From a virus (lineage: Duplodnaviria > Caudoviricetes): a stretch of DNA of 61,044 nt. Made by a program: the position numbers and the translations under genes. Every line of letters starts with the position of its first letter. Position 1 is the stretch's first letter. The stretch is taken from positions 1 through 61,044 of IMG/VR virus record IMGVR_UViG_3300042569_003025. One strand, 5' to 3'. Under the pieces are notes generated by a model that worked only from the letters and a program-made list of their open reading frames with translations, did not search any database and was not told where the DNA came from. This document shows positions 1 through 10,362 of this stretch, one piece after another.

Positions 1-1
1 T

Positions 2-472
2 TTTACCGATAATTTCTTTTGTGATTACAATCAATTACAAGCATATACAACTGATTCAGAAAAAGACTTTTATACTCTTAGCGGAAAACCTATGGTTCGA
101 TATGTCACACCAAATTATCTAACAGAACGATCTAATCCTACAATAGTTATACAAGGATTCTGGTTGCAAAATACAGTTGGACTTTTTGTAAGCGGATCTA
201 ATCCAAATATGTATTCCTTAACTGAATATAAACCATTTTCCGGTGAAGATTCTTTCTTTGGTTATAGAATAGATGAATACACTTTATCACCGGATTCTAT
301 TTCATTTGTATTGCCTCCGCCGAAAACTAGTGGATTTGTTGATATTATTGCCGTGAATGGTTGTGGAATCGGACAATTAACAAATGATTCATCAGATTAT
401 GTCAGCTATAGTGCAGGGGTGCCTTATTGGATTCCATTTTCAACATCTGCCGTTCCAGTTTCTTGTTTTTGA
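2..472 (+). CDS. 5'-truncated paralog of the gp15-like tail completion protein (C-terminal Ig/IPT-like part)
   Basis: Frame is open from nt 2 (FTDNFFCDYNQLQAY...SGKPMVRYVTP...GFVDIIAVNGCG) and aligns by eye with the next ORF (FTDKFYCNYDDL...TGRPVLRYVSP...GFVDIIAVNSCG). Confidence 0.75.
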   Translation, partial: FTDNFFCDYNQLQAYTTDSEKDFYTLSGKPMVRYVTPNYLTERSNPTIVIQGFWLQNTVGLFVSGSNPNMYSLTEYKPFSGEDSFFGYRIDEYTLSPDSISFVLPPPKTSGFVDIIAVNGCGIGQLTNDSSDYVSYSAGVPYWIPFSTSAVPVSCF

Positions 473-474
473 TT

Positions 475-1734
475 ATGAAAGATTATAATTACAATTTTGA
501 AATACGAACGCTTTTAACTCATTTTGCTGCTGCATTTAATGATGTTAAAATAAAAAGATTTGACGGCAAGAAATATGAAAAGGAAATTATAAAAGTTCCA
601 TTAACATATGCACCAAAAAGTCACATCTTAAATGATATAATTGGTTTAACTGATACAATTCGTCTTCCAATTGTCGCAGTTGAAGTAAAAAATCAAAGTC
701 GGGATAATGAACGAGTTAAGAATAAAATAGATGATTTAATTTACAAAAACAGTGATGGTACATTTGTAAATGCTAAAGTTGTTCCATGGAATATAGAAGT
801 GGAAATGACTATTTTAGCAAAGTATCAAGAAGATATTGATCAAATTGTTCAAAATTTCAGCGTTTATTCGAACCCATATACTATAATTTCTTGGCAGGAA
901 CCAAAATCTGGTAGAGAATTACGAACTGAAATTTTATGGAAAGGAGATTTATCAGTTGATTATCCTGCAAAAAATCAAACGCCTACTGATCCGCCATACA
1001 GAATAACAGCAAGTTCATCATTTACTATAAAAGGATATTTATTTTCAACTAGTCCATCCAATTCAAAACCGATTTGTTTAATAAACACGGATTATATTTT
1101 TACTGATAAATTTTATTGTAATTATGATGATTTAATTCTTTATTCTTCAAACTTGAATACAGATTCATATACAATTACTGGACGACCTGTTCTTCGTTAT
1201 GTTTCTCCTTATTATATCGTGGAAGGAAAAACACCAAATATAACTCTACAAGGTTATAGTTTGAATAATGTAAATGCAATATTTTTAAGTGGATCAAGTG
1301 ATGCTATGTATCCGTTAAATGAGTATAAACCGTTTTCTGCATTAGATTCTTTTTATGGTTATCCTGTTAAAGAATTTCAAAAATCAGATGATACAATTAC
1401 TTTCTCACTTCCTCCTGCAAGTGGAGATGGATTCGTGGATATTATTGCAGTTAATAGTTGCGGTTATGGAAAACTAACAGAAGATTCCAATCGTTGTGGT
1501 CGAGTCGAAAATCCATATCCAGTTAATTCCCCAGAACATTATAGTTGGACTGTTTGGCAATTTCCTTATTTGAATGGCTTGATTATCGCGGATTTCTTTG
1601 ATCCTTTTGTTATAGATTATACCGATATGACATATCTATATTCTGATGTTTCAGAACCAGATAAATCCGCAATCTTATCAAAAATAAAAGAATTAATGAC
1701 TCTTGGAAATATAAGTTTAGCGGATTTGGAGTGA
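475..1734 (+). CDS. T4 gp15-like tail sheath stabiliser/terminator with C-terminal extension
   Basis: N-terminus 'YNFEIRTLLTHFAAAFNDVKIKR...IKVPLTYAPK...RLP...VPWNIEVEMTILAKYQEDIDQIVQ' matches the gp15 pattern. ATG 475 follows the upstream stop. Confidence 0.75.
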   Translation: MKDYNYNFEIRTLLTHFAAAFNDVKIKRFDGKKYEKEIIKVPLTYAPKSHILNDIIGLTDTIRLPIVAVEVKNQSRDNERVKNKIDDLIYKNSDGTFVNAKVVPWNIEVEMTILAKYQEDIDQIVQNFSVYSNPYTIISWQEPKSGRELRTEILWKGDLSVDYPAKNQTPTDPPYRITASSSFTIKGYLFSTSPSNSKPICLINTDYIFTDKFYCNYDDLILYSSNLNTDSYTITGRPVLRYVSPYYIVEGKTPNITLQGYSLNNVNAIFLSGSSDAMYPLNEYKPFSALDSFYGYPVKEFQKSDDTITFSLPPASGDGFVDIIAVNSCGYGKLTEDSNRCGRVENPYPVNSPEHYSWTVWQFPYLNGLIIADFFDPFVIDYTDMTYLYSDVSEPDKSAILSKIKELMTLGNISLADLE

Positions 1735-1750
1735 AATTTACAGTTTTTTC

Positions 1751-1778
1751 TTTACAAAAGCAATTTTTGATGTAGATT
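1751..1778 (+). promoter_or_regulatory. sigma70-like promoter for the MoxR-vWA pair
   Basis: TTTACA-16 nt-TAGATT, ending 5 nt before ATG 1784. Confidence 0.45.
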
Positions 1779-1783
1779 TCTCT

Positions 1784-4522
1784 ATGATAAAATTCCATAC
1801 ATGTAAATTAAATGATAATCTCTTGGATCAATGGGTGAAAACTGGAATGAATGTATTGTTAATCGGGGAAAAGGGCGTGGGCAAAAGTCATCAAGTTTTA
1901 GACACATTCAAACGAAATAAAATAAAATATAGCTATTTTAGTGGAGCAACATTAGATCCTTGGATTCATTTATTGGGCATTCCCCGAGCAAAAAAAGATG
2001 AAGTTACAGGCAAGGATAAAATGGAATTTATTCTTCCTGAGAATTTGGATGATGATGTTGAAGCTATTTTTTGCGATGAATGGAACCGTTGTTTTGTTGG
2101 TGACACCCAAATTCAATTAGTTGATGGATATTCTGTTCCTATAAAAGAATTAGTAGAAAAGGACGAGTTTTTCGTATATTCTTATGATATACAAAATAAC
2201 AAAACTGCTGTAGGAAGAGGTCATTCATGCTCTATAACACAGAAAAATGCAGAAATTGTTAAAGTGACACTTGATGATGGTTCGATTATCCGTTGTACGA
2301 AAAATCATAAATTTTTATGTTCTGACATGGTTTACCGTGAAGCAAAAGATTTACGTCCCAATGATTCATTAATGGCAATGTATAAGAAATACAATCGCCA
2401 AGGTTATGAAGAAGTTAAATCTACTATAGAAAATTCATGGAAATATACATATTGGCTTGCGGATGAATATAACATAAAAAATCAGAAATATTCCAATATA
2501 GATAAACAACATGTGAGTCGTCATCATGTTGATCATGACAAATATAATAACAATCCAAATAATATAATCCAAATGACTAGGGAAGAACATATGCTTCTCC
2601 ACGCATTCTCAGATATTACATCTGCTAATGGCGGAAAAAGCAGTCATCGAAAACATCCTGATTTATGGGAAAAAACTTTGGGAACTGATGCGAGTAAAGA
2701 AAAAGCATTGAATAATTCATTACGAACACGTAATAAAAACAAAAAATTATATTTGACAAAATTAAGTGAATCTTTGAAAAAGGTTTGGACGGAAGAAATG
2801 CGTCAATCCGCTAGTGCCAGAGCAATCAAACAATGGAAGGAGAAAAAATTCTCAAAGATTAATAGAAAAGAAGCAATACAAAAAACGCATCTACACCATA
2901 CGTGTAAGGTATTATATAATATTACGAATAAATTAGAAATAACTGAAACTGAATATCAAGATATACTAAATAATAATAAAAATATCTTTTCTTATGAAAA
3001 ACACTTATTAAAAATACGAACTATTAAACGTTATTTCAATAATTCGTTCGATGATTTCGTGGAATATTATAAAAAATATATTAATGAAAATCCCTTAATG
3101 AATCATAGAGTTATTTCGATTCAGGATGATGGAATCGAAGATGTGTATGATTTCACAGTTGACGAATATCATAATTTCCTATTAGGTGCAGGTGTTTTTG
3201 TACATAACTGCCATAAAACGGTTCGGAATGCTCTTTTGGAACTTCAACAATTCAAAAGTATTAACGGTCGTAAATTCCCAAATCTTAAAATTATTTGGGG
3301 TGCGGTAAATCCTGCAAAAAAAGAGGAAGAAGATGCAGATTATGATGTCGAGGAATTAGACCCTGCACAATTAGATCGTTTTCATATTATTGTTGAGTTG
3401 CCTAATTCTCCAAGTCTCAGCTTTTTCAAGAAAAAATATGGTGATTATAAGGCAAAAATTCTTTGTGATTGGTGGGCAAAGCAACCAAAAGAAGCACTGA
3501 AAATTCTTAGTCCTCGTCGTCTTGATTATATTGGTGAAAGTTTCTTAAAAGGGTTGGATATCAAATATCTATTGCCAGAATCTGCTAATGTTCGGGATTT
3601 AGTTCAACAGTTATCAACTGACGAAACTGTTGTGAAAATTAAGCAATTGTTAGAAAATCCAACTGACGATGCTATGAAAGAATTTTTATCCAATGATGAT
3701 AATTTCTTAAAGTGTAAAAATGAATTACAAAATTCCAAATATTGGAAATATTGGAAATATATCAACAAAGAATTTGTTTCTCAAGAAATGAAAGGAAACA
3801 CGAATTTCGAAAATTATATAATTTATAAATACATCTCTAATGATGAATTTTATAAAGATATTGTAGATGATGCAATTAAAACCGATAATAATTATAAAAT
3901 TGGTTCAATAATAAAAATATTACAAACAGAAAAATTTGTCCCTTCAAATGAAACGATAACTAATTTCTTATCAATTGACGAAGTTACCAAAAACTTACCA
4001 AAAATAGCAGGTAAGTCTTCCGGAGGTGATAATTTCTCAAATAGTTATCATTTCAACTCATGGTTGTCTTATAGAGAGTTTGATCCTTCCGTAATTAAAT
4101 TGAATACAAATCATCGAAAAGAATTGTTGGGTAGATTAGAACGTTGTTTTGCTAATGCAGAAAAAGGAAACCCTTACTTAATCATTAATTTTGTAATATC
4201 ATCATTAATGAGTATGCAACATGCAACAATAAAATCTATAAATAATTATAATTTTGAAAATATTCTCGGTTCAACATTATTATTCGCAACGCGAACTTTA
4301 GATTCTGAAAAAATGAAACTTTTGGTCAAAATAGTAATGAACAATATACATAAACTGAATCATGCGGACAAATTCAAAAAGTTTGTTGATTTGTATGATA
4401 CAATAGGAACAACAGCTAATCATGCAATAGTTCCAGAAGATTTATTGAAAAAAATCAATACTATACGAACCACATTGCAAATTGCAGGAATTGATTTTTC
4501 CCAACGCGAACCAATATTCTGA
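1784..4522 (+). CDS. MoxR-type AAA+ ATPase, intein-containing
   Basis: Walker A GEKGVGKS, Walker B IFCDEWNR, post-intein 'VRNALLEL...GAVNP...LDPAQLDRF' (sensor I/Arg finger). Adjacent to a vWA gene. Confidence 0.85.
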   Translation: MIKFHTCKLNDNLLDQWVKTGMNVLLIGEKGVGKSHQVLDTFKRNKIKYSYFSGATLDPWIHLLGIPRAKKDEVTGKDKMEFILPENLDDDVEAIFCDEWNRCFVGDTQIQLVDGYSVPIKELVEKDEFFVYSYDIQNNKTAVGRGHSCSITQKNAEIVKVTLDDGSIIRCTKNHKFLCSDMVYREAKDLRPNDSLMAMYKKYNRQGYEEVKSTIENSWKYTYWLADEYNIKNQKYSNIDKQHVSRHHVDHDKYNNNPNNIIQMTREEHMLLHAFSDITSANGGKSSHRKHPDLWEKTLGTDASKEKALNNSLRTRNKNKKLYLTKLSESLKKVWTEEMRQSASARAIKQWKEKKFSKINRKEAIQKTHLHHTCKVLYNITNKLEITETEYQDILNNNKNIFSYEKHLLKIRTIKRYFNNSFDDFVEYYKKYINENPLMNHRVISIQDDGIEDVYDFTVDEYHNFLLGAGVFVHNCHKTVRNALLELQQFKSINGRKFPNLKIIWGAVNPAKKEEEDADYDVEELDPAQLDRFHIIVELPNSPSLSFFKKKYGDYKAKILCDWWAKQPKEALKILSPRRLDYIGESFLKGLDIKYLLPESANVRDLVQQLSTDETVVKIKQLLENPTDDAMKEFLSNDDNFLKCKNELQNSKYWKYWKYINKEFVSQEMKGNTNFENYIIYKYISNDEFYKDIVDDAIKTDNNYKIGSIIKILQTEKFVPSNETITNFLSIDEVTKNLPKIAGKSSGGDNFSNSYHFNSWLSYREFDPSVIKLNTNHRKELLGRLERCFANAEKGNPYLIINFVISSLMSMQHATIKSINNYNFENILGSTLLFATRTLDSEKMKLLVKIVMNNIHKLNHADKFKKFVDLYDTIGTTANHAIVPEDLLKKINTIRTTLQIAGIDFSQREPIF
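2090..3208 (+). mobile_element. intein (373 aa) with HNH homing endonuclease
   Basis: Block A CFVGDTQIQLVDG, block B IRCTKNHKF, block F DVYDFTVDEYHNF, block G VFVHN followed by +1 Cys. Internal HNH motif RHHVDHDKYNNNPNNIIQMTREEH. Confidence 0.92.
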
Positions 4523-4527
4523 TAATT

Positions 4528-5781
4528 ATGGAGATTCTTGAAAAATTAGATATAGCGAAAGAATTACAAAATTTTCATTATTTCTTTCGTGCATTCTGGG
4601 ATATTGGTGAACCATTAGTTGATGATTTTCCAAACTTAGAAACTGCGGCAATTTCTTTTGACCAAGAAGGGAACAGTATTCAATTTTTAATTAATTCCAA
4701 ATTCTGGGAGTCATTAAATAGTTATAACAAATCGTTTTTGATTTGTCATGAAATGAGTCATATAGTTTTTGACCATGGTCTTCGATTCAAAGAACATTTA
4801 AATAAAAAAACATTTGAAGATATTAATGTTGCTGCGGATATTGTTATTAATGAAATGTTATGTGATTCATTCGGATTCGATAGAAACTTACTAGACGAAA
4901 GAATAGGCAAAAAGGGATGTTGGATAGACACAGTGTTCAAAGATATAACTGTTCTTAAAAAACAAACTACTGAATATTATTTTAATCTTCTTCTTAAAAA
5001 TCCATGTAAAAATGAATTATTCAGAATGGATGAACACTTTGTTCTGAGTGATGAAGAACTGGAAGAAATTAAAAATCAAATGAACGATGAAGGAATTACT
5101 GATATATTAATATCTGGTAATTTAACTGGAAAAAATATACCAAAAGAATTGTCCGATGCTTTAGAAAAAATTGCTGGAGCGGGTACAGGAAGTTATCATT
5201 CGGTAAATGCTAAAAAAGTAACAAAGAAAAAATGGGAAACTGTTATTAAAAAATGGGAGAATAATAATATAAAGCATACTCTCGACACTGAAGAACGTTG
5301 GGAGCGAGTTAATAACCGCTATATTAACGTTATTCCTGATAATATTAATTTGCCTTCATCGCAAAAAATATTCAACGATTTCAAAGAAAAGGATATGATT
5401 TCTGTTTTCTTCTTTTTAGACACTTCAGGTTCTTGTATAAGTTTAGGAAACCGATTTTTTGCAGCAGCAAAAAGTTTAAATCCTAAAAAATTCAAAATCA
5501 GATTATTCTGTTTTGATACAAGGGTAGAGGAAACATCCCTAGAAACCAAAAGAATTTATGGTGGAGGAGGAACTAGTTTTAGTATTATAGAATCTAAAAT
5601 TCAAGAAATTATTAAAAAAGATAAAATCAAGTATCCAAAAGCAGTGTTTATTATAACTGATGGTTATGGTAATAATGTAACTCCTGAAAAACCTGAAAAA
5701 TGGTATTGGTTTTTAACATCAAAATTTACTCAGTATATTCATAAAAAATCTAAAATATTTAATTTAAAAGACTTTGAGTAA
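4528..5781 (+). CDS. HExxH metallopeptidase-like domain plus C-terminal vWA domain (DUF2201-like)
   Basis: ICHEMSHI and 'NVAADIVIN'; MIDAS DTSGS, GGGTSF, IITDGYG. Confidence 0.85.
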   Translation: MEILEKLDIAKELQNFHYFFRAFWDIGEPLVDDFPNLETAAISFDQEGNSIQFLINSKFWESLNSYNKSFLICHEMSHIVFDHGLRFKEHLNKKTFEDINVAADIVINEMLCDSFGFDRNLLDERIGKKGCWIDTVFKDITVLKKQTTEYYFNLLLKNPCKNELFRMDEHFVLSDEELEEIKNQMNDEGITDILISGNLTGKNIPKELSDALEKIAGAGTGSYHSVNAKKVTKKKWETVIKKWENNNIKHTLDTEERWERVNNRYINVIPDNINLPSSQKIFNDFKEKDMISVFFFLDTSGSCISLGNRFFAAAKSLNPKKFKIRLFCFDTRVEETSLETKRIYGGGGTSFSIIESKIQEIIKKDKIKYPKAVFIITDGYGNNVTPEKPEKWYWFLTSKFTQYIHKKSKIFNLKDFE

Positions 5782-5970
5782 TTAAAATTGATTTTTATCA
5801 TTTATTGATGATATATCTCCATTTTTAACATCTTCTTCGATCTTTTTCTTTAAATCATCTAATTTATTTTTCTCTTTTTCTCTCTTAGAATGCTCGACTT
5901 CTTGTTTTATGAAGTCGAGCATTTCTTTTATTAGATTTATAACATATAATAAAGATTGTATAATTCCCAT
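5782..5970 (-). CDS. small protein with hydrophobic N-terminus and charged coiled coil (possible lysis/membrane accessory)
   Basis: MGIIQSLLYVINLIKEML...KKKIEEDVKNGDISSINDKNQF. TAAGTA-N5-ATG upstream on the minus strand supports start 5970. Confidence 0.55.
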   Translation of the reverse strand: MGIIQSLLYVINLIKEMLDFIKQEVEHSKREKEKNKLDDLKKKIEEDVKNGDISSINDKNQF

Positions 5971-6006
5971 ACTGTTACTTAGATTGTATTTATTATAAAT
6001 ACTCTT

Positions 6007-8025
6007 ATGCTTCCAAATTGTCAGAAGGTAGAAATTAAAAAAATGCCTCACACGCATTTAGCCACAGATATAACTAATTTTACATCTGCGGTTTGTGCGG
6101 TTTTTATCAATAGTACAGAATTTCAAGCAATTTATACCACAGTAGAAGACAACTCCGCAAATTGGTATCAAAATTTAACTTATAATCCTTCCAATTTTCG
6201 TCTTTCTATTTCAAATGGAAACAGTGTTAGTTTATCATCACTAGTAATTAGCAGTGGAAGTATTGATGCCATCATTACAGGAATCGTATTCTCTAATTCA
6301 GGATATTGGGATAGTACATACAATGTTGTATCATATAATTCAGGATATTGGGATAACACGTATTCAGTTGTTAAAGATTTGAGTAGTACATGGAATACAG
6401 TTACTAATAATTCTTCATTAATAATTCCTACAAATATTTCGAATGGAGTTGTTTTTAAAACATACGATTCTACAGTAAAACCCTTAAATATGGTTTTATT
6501 ATCTGCAATTACAGATACGACTCCGACAAACTTATCAATACATTGGGATGGACCTGTTGACAAATGGATGGGTCAACCATTTGTCAACGGAAATGCAGTT
6601 CCATTAAGTTCTATAGATTATTTAGGAACCACTTCTTTTACACGAAGATTTTCTGCAACAATTCCAGTATTATTACAAACCGGAATTAATATAATTCCTC
6701 TGAAATTAGAAAATTATGAAAAAAATTTAAGAATAGATTTATTAGGTGCTGGACCGCAAATAACTAATGTAACTTTTGGATTATATCCGGGAACTCAAAC
6801 TGAATTAAAAAATGGCGACTCCATTTCCATGACAGTAGAATTTGATTCAGATGATGCGGCGGAAATTCAAACTTTTGCATCAAATAATATTTATGCATCA
6901 ACATCTCAGAATTATTCCATTACTACTGTTAGTAATTCAGCAACAATTAATATAACTATTGCAACAACTACTAATTCTTTGCTAACTCTTCCAGTTCGAT
7001 TGAGAGCAAAAAATTCATTTGGAACATATGGGGATTATGTAATCAGTAGTGAGACGCTTTTTGTTAATAATGTTTCTCCTACCTTTGGAGCATTTAGCGT
7101 AACTTATCCAAATACACAAACTGCATTAAAAGGAACAGAAAATGCAACAGTTTCTTTAACTGTTTCAAATCAGGGAAATGATCCAATATATTTTTATTCT
7201 TCTCCTAATAACAATTTAACTATTATAGATTCTTCAACATATAATTCGTATAAAAGCGCAACTTGTAACAATCCGGGAACTTACAATGTTGCTGGAGATG
7301 GTGGTGTAACTAACTATCGTTTAACGGTAACAAGAAAAGAAAATAATAAATCTGCAACTTCTGATAATATTGTTGATATTGCCGACATTCCTGCAACTAT
7401 AACAGTATCTGAACCGTCTTCTCGTCTTCGTTCCGGAGGAACAAATGGAACATCTTCGCAACAATATACAATTACAATAACGTCAAATCAAAGATTATTA
7501 AATGCTCCATCATTAACAGAAAGTGTGGGTGGCGGAACATTAATAAGTTCTTGGACATATTCCACAAATGCTAAAACTTTTACAAATACATTACAAGTTC
7601 AAGATACCGATAATAAAGGAACATTTAATTGGAATAACTTAGTTGCAACCAACAAAGCTAATACTGTTACATCTGTTATAAATGGAAATTCTAATTATGT
7701 ATTAGGTGGTTATGTAATTCGAACTTTAACATTTTCATCACTTTCAAGAACAGTTGGAATTGGAACTCGCGTTGCAGATTCATCTAAAGTTACAGGAGAT
7801 GAATCTTTTCGAGGAACGGTGACTTTATCAGCAATTCCGAATGGAACAATCTTAAATCCTGATATTAATACCGGAATTAACATTCCTTCAAGATTTACAA
7901 TAGTTAGTTTATCATCACTAAATGTAGTAAATAATAATGGAGATGCCATATTTTATTTAGATCGTGTAGCTGTAAATCAGAATATCGGCGGCACAGCATC
8001 GTTTTTAACTCAAGAAACTATTTAA
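6007..8025 (+). CDS. virion structural protein (fibre-like; 14-aa W/Y repeats followed by Ig-like beta-rich domains)
   Basis: S/T/N-rich, repeats NSGYWDSTYNVVSY / NSGYWDNTYSVVKD, TATAAATA-N5-ATG upstream. Confidence 0.6.
   Translation: MLPNCQKVEIKKMPHTHLATDITNFTSAVCAVFINSTEFQAIYTTVEDNSANWYQNLTYNPSNFRLSISNGNSVSLSSLVISSGSIDAIITGIVFSNSGYWDSTYNVVSYNSGYWDNTYSVVKDLSSTWNTVTNNSSLIIPTNISNGVVFKTYDSTVKPLNMVLLSAITDTTPTNLSIHWDGPVDKWMGQPFVNGNAVPLSSIDYLGTTSFTRRFSATIPVLLQTGINIIPLKLENYEKNLRIDLLGAGPQITNVTFGLYPGTQTELKNGDSISMTVEFDSDDAAEIQTFASNNIYASTSQNYSITTVSNSATINITIATTTNSLLTLPVRLRAKNSFGTYGDYVISSETLFVNNVSPTFGAFSVTYPNTQTALKGTENATVSLTVSNQGNDPIYFYSSPNNNLTIIDSSTYNSYKSATCNNPGTYNVAGDGGVTNYRLTVTRKENNKSATSDNIVDIADIPATITVSEPSSRLRSGGTNGTSSQQYTITITSNQRLLNAPSLTESVGGGTLISSWTYSTNAKTFTNTLQVQDTDNKGTFNWNNLVATNKANTVTSVINGNSNYVLGGYVIRTLTFSSLSRTVGIGTRVADSSKVTGDESFRGTVTLSAIPNGTILNPDINTGINIPSRFTIVSLSSLNVVNNNGDAIFYLDRVAVNQNIGGTASFLTQETI
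6295..6378 (+). repeat. 42-bp coding tandem repeat
   Basis: aattcaggatattgggata occurs at 6295 and 6337. Confidence 0.7.
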
Positions 8026-8028
8026 TTT

Positions 8029-8829
8029 ATGGCTACCTTTCAAGAATTTGTACAAACTGAATTACCTCTTAGACAAGTTGTTATTTTCGGTTCGTTTAAT
8101 CCAACAATTAGTGGTCAGAATGCATCAATAGGTTCTTATTTTTTAGATAATTCTGTTGGAAGCGGACCATATATTCGATACGAAAAAATTGGAAGTAATT
8201 CGACGGATTGGAGAATTGTGCCTCCTAGTGCAACTGATATATCTGGATTAAACACAATAATTGGATCATATTCTGCAATTTGGAATAATAATGTTATTAC
8301 AACAAACACTGTTTCAACTGTTGTATACGAAACATTATATTCTAATATTGATAGCACGAAAAATTCTCTTCAAGAATATATCTCATACGAATGGAATCCG
8401 AATATAGTAAAACAAAGTTCAACAATTAAATTAGCAAATGGAAAAATTTATATGTTGGCAACTTCTGATGGAAGTAGCACAACTCATTATTTGGAAATGA
8501 ATTTGCGTCCAATTTCTCCATTTTTTACATCAACTTTAGTTAATTATGGAACAGTTGATTCATATAATTTAAATGAATTCAAGTCATGCAAATATACAAT
8601 CGAAGTAAATGACGCTGTTTTGAATAAAACTCATTATAGTGAAATAAATGTTCTTAGTGATGGAATAGAAGTAGCAGTTTCAGAATACGGAACATTATTC
8701 ACATCAACTAATGCAATGGTAGAATATGGAGGATATACAAATGGAACAATTGTTTCATTGACTGCAATTAGTTTAATTGGAAGTATGAGTGATAAAACGT
8801 TCAAAGGAATCCGCACGAATTTCTTTTGA
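8029..8829 (+). CDS. tail-fibre-associated structural protein
   Basis: C-terminal 'VDSY...FKSCKYTIEV...HYSEINVL...SEYG' module, typical of fibre proteins in T4-like aquatic phages. Confidence 0.55.
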   Translation: MATFQEFVQTELPLRQVVIFGSFNPTISGQNASIGSYFLDNSVGSGPYIRYEKIGSNSTDWRIVPPSATDISGLNTIIGSYSAIWNNNVITTNTVSTVVYETLYSNIDSTKNSLQEYISYEWNPNIVKQSSTIKLANGKIYMLATSDGSSTTHYLEMNLRPISPFFTSTLVNYGTVDSYNLNEFKSCKYTIEVNDAVLNKTHYSEINVLSDGIEVAVSEYGTLFTSTNAMVEYGGYTNGTIVSLTAISLIGSMSDKTFKGIRTNFF

Positions 8830-8849
8830 ATATATAAGTAAATATAATT

Positions 8850-10358
8850 ATGGCAATAAATTTAACGAATGATTTTCGTACCAAAGGTAGAATATATGGT
8901 GAAAAAGGTGCTTTTTTCGCACCGGGTACTGATGGAACGGGAATGAATACAACTGGTAAAATTTTATCAGGTGGTATTGACTTATTAACTATTTTCTCTG
9001 CGGCATTGTCAGGGTCTACAGGTGATTCGATGTTGACATTTGGATCAAATTTAACAGGTGCAGCAGCATATAAACCAACTGGAGGACCAGTAACCGTTGG
9101 AGTTAGTTTTAATCCGACTTTCGGATCAGTTAGTGCAACAACTTTTGTGGGTGCATTAATTGGAAATGCAACTACTGCAAGTACATGGGCTAATTCCAGA
9201 ACTTTTACATTTGCAGGAGGAAATGTTACAGGATCTTTTTCAGCGAATGGATCGGGGGACGTTTCAAACATAGCACTAAACGTATTATCAGTTTCTTCAA
9301 CTAGATGGGATAGTGTATATACTAGTTATAATTCAAATTCAGGACAATTTATCACTTCGATAGGTTCAGGCACTCAAGGACTATTACAGATAAATGCAAT
9401 AAATGGAGGAGTTGACACTATTGATCTTACTAATTTAGGTACTACTGACTCACCTACATTTGCTAATATATTAATCAGTAATAATGCAACAATTGCGGGT
9501 AATTTATCCGTTCAAGGAAATCTAACATTTTTAGATACAATGGTATCATTGACTAGTGCATTATCTGTTGTAAACACTGGCACTGGTCCTGCATTATTTG
9601 TTCGTCAATCAGGTTCTACACCATTAGCACAATTTGTTGATGCAGAAGGAGGACAAATATTATTCAATAATAATGGAATAGTAAGTATAGGGACGACCAC
9701 TACCACTCAGTTATTAAATGTTGGCGGAAATATATTAGCATCAAACATTACTCTATCAGGTTTGCCGTCCAATTCAACATCTAATAGTCTTGTGGTAAGT
9801 GGAACTGGAGGAACGTTAGGTGCAAGAAATGCAGATTCTAGAATTTGGGGGTCAACATTAGTGAATGGAAGTATGACCTCTGGACGCATTCCTAAAGCAA
9901 GTGGAACTAATGCATTAAGTGATAGTGTATTATTAGATGATGGAATTAGCGTTAGTATAACAAATAGTTCGCTCTGGATGACAGTTCCGGAGTTACGTAT
10001 AAATAACACCGGAGGATATCATACTCGCCGTGATACTTTTGTAGGAATTGCTAATATTAGCGGAAATAACATTGCAACTTTCCCTAAAACAAATCTTCAA
10101 TCCGTTAATATGACAGTTACCTTAATTCAAGGAACAACTTCTCATACAGTGTTTAATGTATTAGGAACAGGCAATACAGGTCTAGACATTATAAAAGGTA
10201 CAGTGTATGGAATTGTAGATGGAACAGGAACATCACAATTAGTGGATGTCGATTTATTTTCGTCAGGGGGTAATATAGTTTTAGCAGTTTCAGCAGTAAG
10301 CAATAATACAAATGTAGTAATTGATGGAACTGCGGTTTATTCAGGTACAACTACATAA
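8850..10358 (+). CDS. tail fibre protein
   Basis: G/S/T-rich; 'GNATTAST...RTFT', 'LGTTDSPTFAN', 'GNLSVQGNLT', 'VSIGTTT...LNVGGNI' fibre motifs. Confidence 0.7.
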   Translation: MAINLTNDFRTKGRIYGEKGAFFAPGTDGTGMNTTGKILSGGIDLLTIFSAALSGSTGDSMLTFGSNLTGAAAYKPTGGPVTVGVSFNPTFGSVSATTFVGALIGNATTASTWANSRTFTFAGGNVTGSFSANGSGDVSNIALNVLSVSSTRWDSVYTSYNSNSGQFITSIGSGTQGLLQINAINGGVDTIDLTNLGTTDSPTFANILISNNATIAGNLSVQGNLTFLDTMVSLTSALSVVNTGTGPALFVRQSGSTPLAQFVDAEGGQILFNNNGIVSIGTTTTTQLLNVGGNILASNITLSGLPSNSTSNSLVVSGTGGTLGARNADSRIWGSTLVNGSMTSGRIPKASGTNALSDSVLLDDGISVSITNSSLWMTVPELRINNTGGYHTRRDTFVGIANISGNNIATFPKTNLQSVNMTVTLIQGTTSHTVFNVLGTGNTGLDIIKGTVYGIVDGTGTSQLVDVDLFSSGGNIVLAVSAVSNNTNVVIDGTAVYSGTTT

Positions 10359-10362
10359 TAAT

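Noticed and set aside
427-474. Longer ORF starts from the track (427, 10321, 18368, 39191, 58254, 60052)
   Set aside because: Downstream ATGs fit the promoter spacing and avoid overlaps, so the shorter starts were used.
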